Program-made: the position numbers and the translations under genes
NCBI GenBank assembly: GCA_032718475.1
Contig: JAUCBJ010007673.1
Coordinates: 1-64,000, forward strand
From: Nemertoderma westbladi
Taxonomy: Eukaryota > Animalia > Xenacoelomorpha
Length of the DNA: 64,000 nucleotides
Reading direction: 5' to 3'
Shown: in pieces, positions 33,842 through 44,181 of the stretch
How positions within the stretch are numbered: the first letter of the stretch is position 1
Layout: each line of letters starts with the position of its first letter
The notes under the pieces: generated by a model
Told to the model about the DNA's origin: nothing
Databases searched by the model: none
Seen by the model: the letters and a program-made list of their open reading frames with translations, nothing else

Positions 33842-36800
33842 ATGGAGAAAGGGATACAAGGAGAGCCGAGATGGGGATATGATATCCAAGAGGAGGCAGC
33901 AGCGCCATTCGAAAGATTTGGAGCCAAGGATTACACTATATTTGGTATAAAAGAATTATCGGAAAGTACAGCGAAACTCGCGAGAACTAAATATGACTCG
34001 AATGTATTAAAGAGAAGGCAAAACGCATTGAACGAAAGAATCGAAAGTTTGCGCCAAACCTTCAATGAACTTTACCCGTACGATGCTTTGTGTGACACGG
34101 GAGACATTAGCGAAGACCCCGATACTGAAATTAGTCGTTTGTATCATACCATGCAATACCTAAAGGCGCATGAACCTATGCCCGCGGTACGCGATGAATT
34201 CGATGGAATGCATCTTTACAGACGAACTCGAGGGGACGATAGAGAAACCAAGGAAGCATTTTCAGTTTATAAACTTTATTATCAATGCGGTTCTTGTATG
34301 CGCGAACAACGAAATGCGATTCCGATGCGTTTGAATAAGGAAAATCCCGAACCGATATTGGCGAGGTGTTCGAATCATCAACAACTACGCTACCAGGAAG
34401 GAGGGTATCCTTTATCGAATCCATATCATTCATTTGCTATGACCGGACCAAAGGCGGGAGAAACTGTCATTTACCCACCTAAGGTTGTTGAACCCGATGT
34501 ATTTGAACTTACGCTGGACGAGGCGAATCAGTCAACCCGCGAAAAGAAAGAAGCTCTTAGCCTATACAGAGCCTACAAGGCTTTCGAGAAAGGTGAGATG
34601 GAAGAATGGGGTGGAAGACTCGCGAGCCTACCTTGCCATTGGACGTCACACGATCAAACTTCAGCTAAGGAGATGACACCGGAAGTTTTCGAGAGCATAA
34701 ACTTTGCTCAAAACGTTATTCAGAGACTACAGATTGCATCCCCGGAGAGGCCAAGAGAAATGCAACCGTATAGTACTTCAACTACGAAACCATTGAGTAC
34801 GACACTCAATTTCCCTATTAGTATACCAGTCCGACAGGATACGACGTACGAAATACCCATCGTGGATCATCCAGAAATCATTTCAAACTTGGAGTTTCTT
34901 CCTGCAGTTGTTTTCAGCGATATGAGTAAGATATATGATTTACGTAGACATATTACTCAAAAGGTCGTGAACAACGTTCCACCTCATATCCAAGATTTTA
35001 AGGAACTGGATAGAGCTGGTGCCGACATAGCTCCGAGTAATCTGAAAGGATATCTAACCAAGACGATTCGTTTATGGATTGGAACCGGAACCTTCGAGTC
35101 GGATACGGATATTGCCGCAGATTGGCGAGGTAAGGTTATTCGTTTCGATGAGGATAAGGATATAGAGAAGATTTGGCAACCTTCGGAAGAATTGTTGGAT
35201 GAATGGACTAGGACGTTTAGATCGTTTCAGGAAAACGGTTATATGTTTTACGATAACGAGGGCGGCAGTCATCAGCAGAGTTTGACTTCTAAGACTATAC
35301 AGATTAGAGCGGCGGACGGAGTCCTGCACGTTTTCAGTAGACAGAGGAGCGACAAACGAATGCCGATACCTCCAGCGAATACAAAGCGACACCATCTTAT
35401 CACCGATATAGTAAAGAAGATGGACCAAGCTTGTAATATTGACGCTAGAATGCTACCGAAGATGGTAAGAAACATGATTTTAGATAAAACTGTTGTAAAG
35501 GTTGGATCAGGAGTAAGGGAGGATCTAATTAGCGACTTCGCCGGCATGACGGACAGCGATGACCGACTACCGACACCATACGTCGACACTCGACCTCTTA
35601 TTCTGTGGTCTATAGAACAGGGATATTTTCGTGAGTATAATACTCAGAAGACTGGCACTGGATACATTTCCTACCTGTTATTCAATTGGGATTATAAGGA
35701 AGGTAAAAGGAACAAGTATATTGAAACTTATGGAGAAGGTGATACTCCAGATATGAGTGAGTTTGAATCACAGCTTAAATGGAGAGGATGCGTGTATTGG
35801 GCTATTACGTCACCTCCAAGAGCGGTCTTACAATATTATTTAGCGATAGAGTCGTCAGTGAATGTTTGCCTAATCGCCGACATTGTGTCTCGGACTCTCA
35901 AAAGACATCCACTTTGTCTCGGAGAAGATCATACGTTCTACATGGAAGGGAGAATTCGTACCGACGTGTTTAGACGATTCCTTGAACCCTTCTACAACTC
36001 CGACGCTCAGTGTAATGCCTTTACTCGAGCAGGATTTAGTATATTTCGAGACGTGTATCTTCGCTGTGCGGGATCTCTTATCGAAAGACCATCTATGTTT
36101 ACATTGTTACCCTATGAAGGAGAACGTATCGTGGAGATTATGGATGAATCACGGCAGACGCGCGCGCCTATCGGTCACCTTGGTGATGAATTCGAAGTAA
36201 CTACTACGATCGCCGACGATCCTTTAGAGGAACTTCTTGAGATTGAAAGGAACCTCCCGAAGAAATCTCAGACGGAGATTCGACAACTTGAAGCAACAGA
36301 TGCTATAGTTTGCCTACAACCTTCAGAAACCTACCAACCCATAGACCCAGATGATTACGATTATAGTATGGGAGGAAGCGCTCGACCGATTGGAGATCTT
36401 ATATACGAACGAGTGTGGTACCCTGCCAATACGATGTGTAATAAATGTGGCGTCGCTGGACATCATATGGCAAAGTGCAGTGGAAAGCACATTACTACGA
36501 CTCAGCTAATCTGTGGATGGTGTGGGGATCAAGGGTCTCATACCTTTTATACTTGCTGGAGATTTATGGCTCAATGTACTTACTGCAATATAAAGGGACA
36601 TCGAGCATCTGAATGCCAACTGAGAGACATACCTTATGAACACGAATCTGTAAAACTCGTGAGGAAGTTATTTGATGAGTGGGAAGATTTGGCCGACGAA
36701 CATGTATCGGCACAAAGAAGACGGTTTCCGATGAGAGCGCATCTCGGATTTTGGGCGGTAAATCCTCAAACGATGATGTCGGAAGGATATATCTCCGCTA

Positions 36801-37567
36801 TGCCCCAATATGACGAACTTATCGAGGTTGTCGATATTTTGCCCCACTACAGCGGATTCCGAGTGGTGCGCGAGTATCTGTTACAAATTCACCCGGATAA
36901 CAAAAACACGTGGAATTTTCAGAAAGTCGTTAATCGGATTACGTATGGTGAATTCGATCGTTTCCGAACTGAAAAGCGGAACAAAGGAGCTTGGTTAACC
37001 GTCGCATGGGCGTACCGAGCCGCGTTTTACCACAAACGTATACGAGCGAGCGTATTCGAGGAAGAAGAGGTCCTAGAGGCGACAAATATACCAGCCACTC
37101 CGGTTGCGCCGTCTGCACGTCACCCTCGAGAGGACGGACAGGGTAGGATCATACGGGTCCAGAAAGTGGGCCAACAATTGAAGAAAATTATTAATGTAGA
37201 AGAACGCAAGGGAGTTGAGCCGACTATTCGAGTTACTCGGGATACGGTATCACTTCCAAGAGAACCGGTAGGAGGATCGGGACATACACCAGCTGATCAA
37301 CAGGGGGCGCAAGCTACTCTTGGGTCTGCGTCGTCCACTCCTCGCGCGTTCCCAGACGTTCTACCAACTGTAGCGACAACTGATCGGTCACGAGGAATTG
37401 GTCGAGGTTTTGGGATGCCAAATAGACGAATTTGCGAGGAAATAGTTGCACCGTCTCTCAACGTCCCAAGTAAACCAGTGACTCGCCCCATTAGTCCCAT
37501 ATCGCGAGCAAAGTCACCTGTGCGCAGTTTTCGAGGACGCGGCAGGGCTCGATCTACTAAGCGATAA
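33842..37567 (+). CDS. BEL-2 ORF3 (1241 aa): putative DEDDy (WRN/EXD/mut-7-like) 3'-5' exonuclease with an N-terminal CCCH-like finger and three C-terminal CCHC knuckles
   Basis: ExoI FYDNEG, ExoII KVGSGVREDL, PYVDTR, ExoIII-like QYYLAIE. Knuckles CNKCGVAGHHMAKC, CGWCGDQGSHTFYTC, CTYCNIKGHRASEC. Same motifs in BEL-3 ORF3. Confidence 0.8.
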   Translation: MEKGIQGEPRWGYDIQEEAAAPFERFGAKDYTIFGIKELSESTAKLARTKYDSNVLKRRQNALNERIESLRQTFNELYPYDALCDTGDISEDPDTEISRLYHTMQYLKAHEPMPAVRDEFDGMHLYRRTRGDDRETKEAFSVYKLYYQCGSCMREQRNAIPMRLNKENPEPILARCSNHQQLRYQEGGYPLSNPYHSFAMTGPKAGETVIYPPKVVEPDVFELTLDEANQSTREKKEALSLYRAYKAFEKGEMEEWGGRLASLPCHWTSHDQTSAKEMTPEVFESINFAQNVIQRLQIASPERPREMQPYSTSTTKPLSTTLNFPISIPVRQDTTYEIPIVDHPEIISNLEFLPAVVFSDMSKIYDLRRHITQKVVNNVPPHIQDFKELDRAGADIAPSNLKGYLTKTIRLWIGTGTFESDTDIAADWRGKVIRFDEDKDIEKIWQPSEELLDEWTRTFRSFQENGYMFYDNEGGSHQQSLTSKTIQIRAADGVLHVFSRQRSDKRMPIPPANTKRHHLITDIVKKMDQACNIDARMLPKMVRNMILDKTVVKVGSGVREDLISDFAGMTDSDDRLPTPYVDTRPLILWSIEQGYFREYNTQKTGTGYISYLLFNWDYKEGKRNKYIETYGEGDTPDMSEFESQLKWRGCVYWAITSPPRAVLQYYLAIESSVNVCLIADIVSRTLKRHPLCLGEDHTFYMEGRIRTDVFRRFLEPFYNSDAQCNAFTRAGFSIFRDVYLRCAGSLIERPSMFTLLPYEGERIVEIMDESRQTRAPIGHLGDEFEVTTTIADDPLEELLEIERNLPKKSQTEIRQLEATDAIVCLQPSETYQPIDPDDYDYSMGGSARPIGDLIYERVWYPANTMCNKCGVAGHHMAKCSGKHITTTQLICGWCGDQGSHTFYTCWRFMAQCTYCNIKGHRASECQLRDIPYEHESVKLVRKLFDEWEDLADEHVSAQRRRFPMRAHLGFWAVNPQTMMSEGYISAMPQYDELIEVVDILPHYSGFRVVREYLLQIHPDNKNTWNFQKVVNRITYGEFDRFRTEKRNKGAWLTVAWAYRAAFYHKRIRASVFEEEEVLEATNIPATPVAPSARHPREDGQGRIIRVQKVGQQLKKIINVEERKGVEPTIRVTRDTVSLPREPVGGSGHTPADQQGAQATLGSASSTPRAFPDVLPTVATTDRSRGIGRGFGMPNRRICEEIVAPSLNVPSKPVTRPISPISRAKSPVRSFRGRGRARSTKR

Positions 37568-37609
37568 AAGGGAGGGCAAGGGTGGACGGAAGACTCGTGG
37601 GCCTTTCTT

Positions 37610-38140
37610 ATGATTTGTGATTTATTTTGAATTATATGTTTTATATTTAGAAAATTTAGTAAACTTATATTTTATATTTGTGCTTATTTCGAACTTATGC
37701 AATTTGTATTGTTCCGAATTTATGAAATTTAGAAATAAGAACTCATATTTAGTAAACTTATATTTAGTAAGAATTTATATTTTATATTTACGTGATTATT
37801 TCGAACTTATGCAATTTATATTATTCTGAACTTATGCAATTTATATTGTTCCGAATATTATGCAATTTATATCTTATAAGCAGTATTTGTATTTACAGTG
37901 AAATAGAAAGTTTTATAGATAGAAAATTTGTGCCCAGAAAGACTCATATTTGTAATTATTCCAAACTTATGCAATCTACATTTAGGTACGAAAGTATTTG
38001 TAATTACTTGAATTTATGCAATATTTGAGATGCAATAGTAGATGGAAGACTCGCGAGCCTTTCTTATTGTTTTCATTTATTTGTATTTGTAATTGTTTGA
38101 ATTTATGCAATATCTGAGATGCAATAGATTTATATTGGTG
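37610..38140 (+). repeat. AT-rich degenerate tandem repeats (GAACTTATGCAATTTATATT) in the BEL-2 3' UTR
   Basis: The motif recurs many times between the ORF3 stop and the PPT. Confidence 0.7.
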
Positions 38141-38353
38141 AATTTAATTTAGATTTATATTGTACTTACTTCGTAAAGCCTTAACTACGTAAAGTTTGAA
38201 TTTGTAATTATTTTTGTATCGAATCATTACGTAAAAGGGAAGTATTGTTTGAAACTTAATTGTAAATATGTAAGTACGCCCTAAGTATTTTATAGTTTGA
38301 TTGATTATTGGTGAAAACCGTATATTTTATGCACGATAATATCCTGTTTTCAT

Positions 38354-38360
38354 GGAGCGG
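38354..38360 (+). promoter_or_regulatory. BEL-2 polypurine tract GGAGCGG
   Basis: Immediately precedes the 3' LTR; same motif as in BEL-1 and BEL-3. Confidence 0.85.
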
Positions 38361-41300
38361 TATAGAATTATATTCCCTAAATGCCGTGGATTTTCAAAAT
38401 TTTATTTTATTCGAATTAACTTTGTAAAGATTGCTTTGAGTTCTCATTAGTATTGGTTCTATCTATTGTGTATCTATCGGTCAAGTGGTTCAGTAGCTCA
38501 GTTGGTAGAGCGTTGGAAATTATATGTGTAGTAGGTATCGAGTTCGAATCCTAATAAGTGCGAATTATTTTTTGTGCAGAATTTCAACTCATTTAAATTA
38601 ACCGCTACAAATTAATTGCATTTGTCTGTACCAATGAGACCGTAGTTATTTGATTGTAACCAATGTTGTGTAAGTTATATATTAGCTGGACCAATAAGCT
38701 ATCTTTAAAACCTTGTTAGAACCTATAGAACAATCGAGAATTTTCTCGATTGATTGCGGCACAAATTTGGTATAAAAAGGTGCGATTTCGTTCATTAATA
38801 AAATCTACTTTAGTTCACTTACTACTACTTTAGTATACATTATCTTATCAATATTCTGTCGTGCTTAGTTTATTCTCAGATTACATTGTATTATAATTGT
38901 ATCTTCTGTAATAAAGTCAGAATATTCTCTCAGCTTTTCTGTTTTACTATGGTTTCACTACGGTGAACAAACTCGGGGACAGGATGGCCAGCTAGAGATC
39001 GGGCCGCAGCAATGAACGGGAACATCACGGGAATGTAGACGAGAGACAACCCGCAATACCATTTAGAGTTATTCGCCCATCGCCTGAAAGGTTAGACAGC
39101 GTTCGATCCTTGCTACCTAAGTGTAAGACCAAAAGATCAAAGGTAGACGTAGTGACACGCTGCAAGCCTAAAATTACATCATAGGGACTGTGGGGCGAGC
39201 CACGAAGTGAGTGAGCCTTAGCGTAGTGGTACCATTAATCAACCTGTCGTTCTGTCGTTCTGTCGTTCTGTCGTTCTGTCGTTCTGTCGTGTTCAATTTT
39301 AAACGTTAATAACTCAGCCAATCTTTGATGAAATCTATCCAAACTTGGTACACATGTTGTTTGGCAAAAGTTTAGAAATTTTCCAAGTAGAATTTCCGTG
39401 TGGCCTTCGAGAAGCTAAGATAATAGCAGTTAATTAGTTAATTAAGTTGATTACGGTGAAAACACAATTTTCAACCTGCCTTTTAAAGGAAATTAATTGT
39501 TTTACAGTATAAGATTTAAATAATTATAATTAAAAATTATACAGATGTAATCCACATACGCCATTCTATTATAGTTTTTAATTAGTTCAAGTGATTTGCT
39601 TTAATAATTGTGTCTTTAATTGATCTAAAGTAATTAAAACGGCATAAAAAATGGATTCTCATTAAATACTGATCATTTATTGGCCAACTTGCAAGTTGGC
39701 TGGTACATAGATGGGGGATGTGTGTGTAAGGGAGCCAGTTGCTGGGAATGCCAGTGGAGGGGGGTTGTATGTAACTAGCCACACGGCTGCCAGCTAGACC
39801 TAACGAGATTGAAACCTGCATTCCCTACCTCCTATTACACTATAGAGTCTGTGTTCTTTAGTCTCAGGTAATAGACAGATCTCATTTAATGATTGTCAGT
39901 CAATAAGATTACCACTGCAGAAGGCTTATATCCAAAATTGTTTATTTCTCAAAATATTATGCTTATTATTTTTTGATGGGATTTCTGTGTATTTTAATTG
40001 TCTAAGTTTTCAGAGGCATTAACAGTATATTAAATAAATTATTTGAATATCATTCATTACTGCATCGACTGTATTTAGTACTGCGTAGATTATATTCCTA
40101 TAAACCACCTGGCTTCGCATATTGAACGTGCGATTGGAAATAAGTTCGTGCTACCTTCCGTGGGTGGTAGATGTCGCGGTTATGTATTGGTGGGTGGGAA
40201 GGGTGGGGGGGGGGGGGGGGTGGGGTGGGGTGGGGTGGGGTGGGGGTGCAGATTTAAAGGGCTGAACACGTACTGTCCCTCTTTTTTTGATTGATTGGCG
40301 GTGTGGTTAAATTTCTAAATTTTACTAATTTATAAAGTTAAATACTGATTTTGTGATACAGTCGCTCGATATTAATTTGTATCTCATAACTGGGCCTCGT
40401 GTTGCGCGAAGGCCCCACGAACGTGTACTGTCTTGATTCAGGAAAACCCACAGTAGACCTTCACATTCCTACGGGAGGGAGAGAGAGCAGATACTAGTAC
40501 GCAGATAGGACGTAGGCACACCGGTACAAGGCATACACATTGGTTAGGGTGCAGCAAACTGTACGCTTAACTCTTGCTAAGTACAGGTGTGTGTGCGACT
40601 ATTTGCAGTACGACCGTGTCTATTACATCAGAACTTGTAGGCTAGGGGGGTTGCTGTGTTTTCACCTGAATTGGGATTGTACCGTTCAGGCGGTAGGGCA
40701 GTTTACGCTAGGCGCAAATAAATTGAGGCTATCAGGGATATACTAACATCTACCGTGTCCCCGCCAACGCCCTAATAGGAAGTTACCCGGACTACCTGGG
40801 TGACTAAAATTCTGGATAGGAGCCAGGATAGCTATTAGTACCCGTACGCCTACAGTAGTAAACTAACACATCTCTTCTTAGTATCAGGGACCTGGTACCT
40901 AAAATTGCCGAATTCTGGGCGTAGTATTAACCTTATGCCTGAATTTGAGTCCTGGAAATACGCAAGAGGGGAAGGAACCTTATCATTCGTGAGTATTAGA
41001 CCTACAAGTTATAAAATTAGAATATTCGTAAAATGCACACCGTACCCAGTAATTATATATGTGAAGGAGCAAAACTGCTTTGACCGTTCAGAATTAACAC
41101 GCGCGCGTTAGAAATTATTTACACCTCAAAATATATAAAATTAACTTTCGTCCTTACTGCACTTTGCTCGCTAGTTAGACATCTCCAAATATCTGCCTCT
41201 GTACCTAGCTAGCGTCTCTTTGCCCAACCATATAAATCACACCGCGGCAAAGTATACGAGCCCCTTAGTCCGTCAGTGAGTCAGCCTGATTTTAGGATTC

Positions 41301-41522
41301 GCTGCGCGGGATTTTGTTTTATCGAAGTTTGTCTGCTCGTAGACTGTTTTCTGCCTCACCGGTTAAAAGAGATCGATACTGCAATATATTCGCTTACTTA
41401 GGGTTTACTGTTTTGGTGAGAAGGTCGGATTTATGATTTGATTTACAAACTTTACAGTAGGATATTGCAGGTATTGTTACCGTCTCTTCCGATAGTAGGA
41501 ATAGGCGTATCTCTCCAATTTA
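38361..41522 (+). repeat. BEL-2 3' LTR, interrupted by a 1.2-kb insertion
   Basis: 38361-39191 plus 40427-41522 reproduce the 5' LTR. Confidence 0.95.
39192..40423 (+). mobile_element. Helentron-associated/DINE-1-like non-autonomous element B, inserted in the BEL-2 3' LTR
   Basis: Absent from the 5' LTR. Same termini as element A (GGGGCGAGCCACGAAG ... GCGCGAAGGCCCCACGAACG), a (CTGTCGTT)n microsatellite, a 3' hairpin, and TGT on both sides. Confidence 0.75.
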
Positions 41523-42371
41523 TTGTAGGTATCAATATGAGCAAAAGATGAGATTTTTGAGAGACTTTCAGACACCATCAGTGCAATGGTCTCCCGCTAG
41601 AGGGCCACATGTCTAAACATTAAATGCCCTCCCATTTCTTTGCTTTTAATCCGTTTAAGCTGAAACTTGGCAGATATGTATTAGACCATTAGCTGTGACT
41701 TTCAAAGGAGGCGAATCCATCTGCAGTTCTCCAGTCTGCCGCTAGAGGGCCAAATGTCTGAAAGTGAAATCGTTGTCGTCGTTATGATATTGACATGCTT
41801 ATAACTTTGTCGAATTTAAAGCTGCCAAGTTGAAAATTTGTTTTGTTGAAAATCAGTTCAACAGTCACCCGCTATAGGACTACTTTATGCCTGAAAGTGA
41901 ATAGATTCTCCCGTCTCATTGATTTTAATCAGTTTAAGCTGAATCTTGCCATATATTCTGGACCACATGCTGCGTCTTTGTGGGGGGGGGGGGGGGGGGG
42001 GGGAGATTTAATCGGTCTGCCGCTATACGACGAAATTTCTGAAAGTGAGATCCGTCTCTCATTTCGTTATCCGTTATTCAAGATTAAACTTGGCCGATGT
42101 ACGTATGTACTATTCATCCATAGGCTGTGTCTTTGTGGGGCTGGAGACCCTAATCCATCTTCAGTTCTCACTATACCGCTAGAGTCAGAAATGTCTGAAT
42201 AGAAATGAAAGAGGTAAAAAGTGATTAGGCGAAATCTGCTTAAAATTTGCTAATACAGTAATACTTTCGAATTAGTACTTAAATTAAATTTAAGTCACGT
42301 GCTGCGCGAAGGCCCAACTTCGTGTAAACTCTAGATTATGTTTGATGGTACAAACACAACGTCATACTTAC

Positions 42372-42476
42372 GTATGTTGGATGATACATCGGTAATGTTA
42401 CATCCTGTTTATATACAACCGCAGAAGCTCGCAAAATGGCATGGCTGGCCACAACTAGTACCAATAATATATTCAT
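42372..42476 (-). CDS. PHM: PHM-like first coding exon with signal peptide (MNILLVLVVASHAILRASAVVYKQDVTLPMYHPTY)
   Basis: ATG, hydrophobic leader ending A-S-A, and a perfect phase-0 donor GTAAGT. Joined to exon 2 it gives DVTLPMYHPTY-NDEYVC, matching the PHM N-terminus DxxMPxVxPxxxDxYxC. Confidence 0.85.
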
Positions 42477-43081
42477 TTATAATATGTTCAGACTTTATCT
42501 ATATAATATCACTATATAAACTACATAATAACTATATAACTACATATTTAACTAACTTCATTAACTGTATATTGTATAATAAGACAATAGTTAGGATTAA
42601 TTAATTAGTTAATAAATTAATCAGAATTACAATAATATGACACTAAATGTTACTAGCTCACGTGTATATTGTATAGTATAAATCATGCATTATCATATCA
42701 AATTATTCTAAACTATTTTCATAAAAGTCTACAACACATGTTGTTATAAAATTATTTGCGTATAACATGTAAAACATTTATGCATTGGATATATGCGTAA
42801 ATGGTAATTAATAATTCACAATATATTTTATGCTGACATTAGCCAAGTTTAGGCAGTAACGTGGATCTATATGTGCAATGATTATTATATAAGGGTTTAT
42901 ACATTTAGGTACTCCTGTTGCCAACACTCAAGATAAACATTGCAGTTGGAAAACTATTCGCCAGGTCAGTCAGTGCCAGACGAGACGTATGTAGATCGGT
43001 ATGCAAAAGATGGCCTATATTGCTATTCGACCAACTGCTTCTCACAACTTATATCTTACCCTAAATGACTTGGGTGGAGTC

Positions 43082-43327
43082 GGGTGTAAATGCTACGCCG
43101 ACAACCGACAGCCGACAGCCGACAACTACTGCCGACAACAGACAACATCAAAATATGAAAATGTAACCTGAGATCGTGACTCTCGTTTATTGTTTTGGTT
43201 AGAATAACCTTCAACTGTAACCTGTTCATTTCCCTCAATTAATGAATAACATTAATTAGCTTTAATAGTGGTTGTTGGCGTTGGCGTTGGTTGTCGGTAG
43301 TCGGGTGTCAGCATAGCATTTACACCC
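43082..43327. mobile_element. Mutator-like MITE (246 bp)
   Basis: TIR GGGTGTAAATGCTA / TAGCATTTACACCC with inverted CCGACA subterminal repeats, and a 9-bp TSD GGTGGAGTC (43073-43081, 43328-43336). Confidence 0.85.
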
Positions 43328-44119
43328 GGTGGAGTCCTGGCTTCAGGCCTTCCAAGAGGCAGACATAATATCTGCAAGCCCTATATTATTTTATGTACAA
43401 AAATTGTTGCTGTCACAAGTTAGACCTGAAATTAATCTGCGTTGATTGGGTGACTGAATTGTTGCGATACCGAGTCGTGTGGTTGCCGCGCTGTATCGTA
43501 AACGTGAGCTTGTGGACTACGCGGCCAGCCAGGTATGGATGGTTCATACAGTTAGTAAAAAGGTCTGATGTTTCGGTAGACTATGATATGTATATTGTTC
43601 GTTGGTTATAATAGACTGTGTCAGCTGATTAATGTACAGCTACCAAACCTGGCCTTCTCTATAGTTACATGGGTATGTTATACATTATAACACTGTATTG
43701 TCCATCCTCTCTCCAATAAGCTTTTCGAGAACCAATATGCATTCCCTTTATATTTATTGGTGATATCTACTTAACAACGAAATCTTAGGCCCATAATATT
43801 ATTGTGCTATTATATTTGCTCTGATTAGAGGTAGCCATAGCTTTGGTTCCGGCGCTTAACAAACTCGATAATTAATAGCCGAGCCAATAGCAGGGGTTTA
43901 TACTTAGATTAATGTTACATTTCATACAACAGGTTGACCTCTGTACAGAGTAGCTCCCTATAAGTATAGTACACTCTATTTCTCATGTGTCATTAATTCA
44001 CATTGTCAGTATGTAGGTAGCTAGCTTGTCGGTTTGTGCTGTCATCTATTTAGCAGTGCAGTACATCAGTCTTGGCCATCTAAGGCCTACAGTTATAGCG
44101 GTCACTTAATTTTGGTTAC

Positions 44120-44181
44120 CACACGCGCTCACGCATGCACTCACACACGCGCTCACGCATGCACTCACGCACGCACACACG
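44120..44181. repeat. CA/CG-rich microsatellite
   Basis: CACACGCGCTCACGCATGCACT repeated. Confidence 0.7.

Larger units (their letters stand above)
20476..41522 (+). mobile_element. BEL-2: full-length Bel/Pao LTR retrotransposon with an extra ORF3 and two nested insertions (about 18.6 kb without them)
   Basis: Matching 1.9-kb LTRs, TSD TTGTA (20471-20475, 41523-41527) and Gag-PR-RT-RH-IN domain order. The empty target AAAATTTGTAGGTATC is preserved in the neighbouring tandem subrepeat at about 20151-20166. Confidence 0.96.
19979..42322 (+). mobile_element. Helentron-associated/DINE-1-like non-autonomous element A (19979-20475 plus 41528-42322), split by BEL-2
   Basis: Starts GGGGCGAGCCACGAAG, followed by a (GTC/GTT)n microsatellite and about 315-bp tandem subrepeats that resume after BEL-2. 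Ends GCGCGAAGGCCCAACTTCG; TGT on both sides. The family assignment is inferred from architecture. Confidence 0.65.

Noticed and set aside
33842-37567. ORF3 as an envelope glycoprotein
   Set aside because: No evident signal peptide or transmembrane anchor; it carries nuclease and zinc-knuckle motifs instead.
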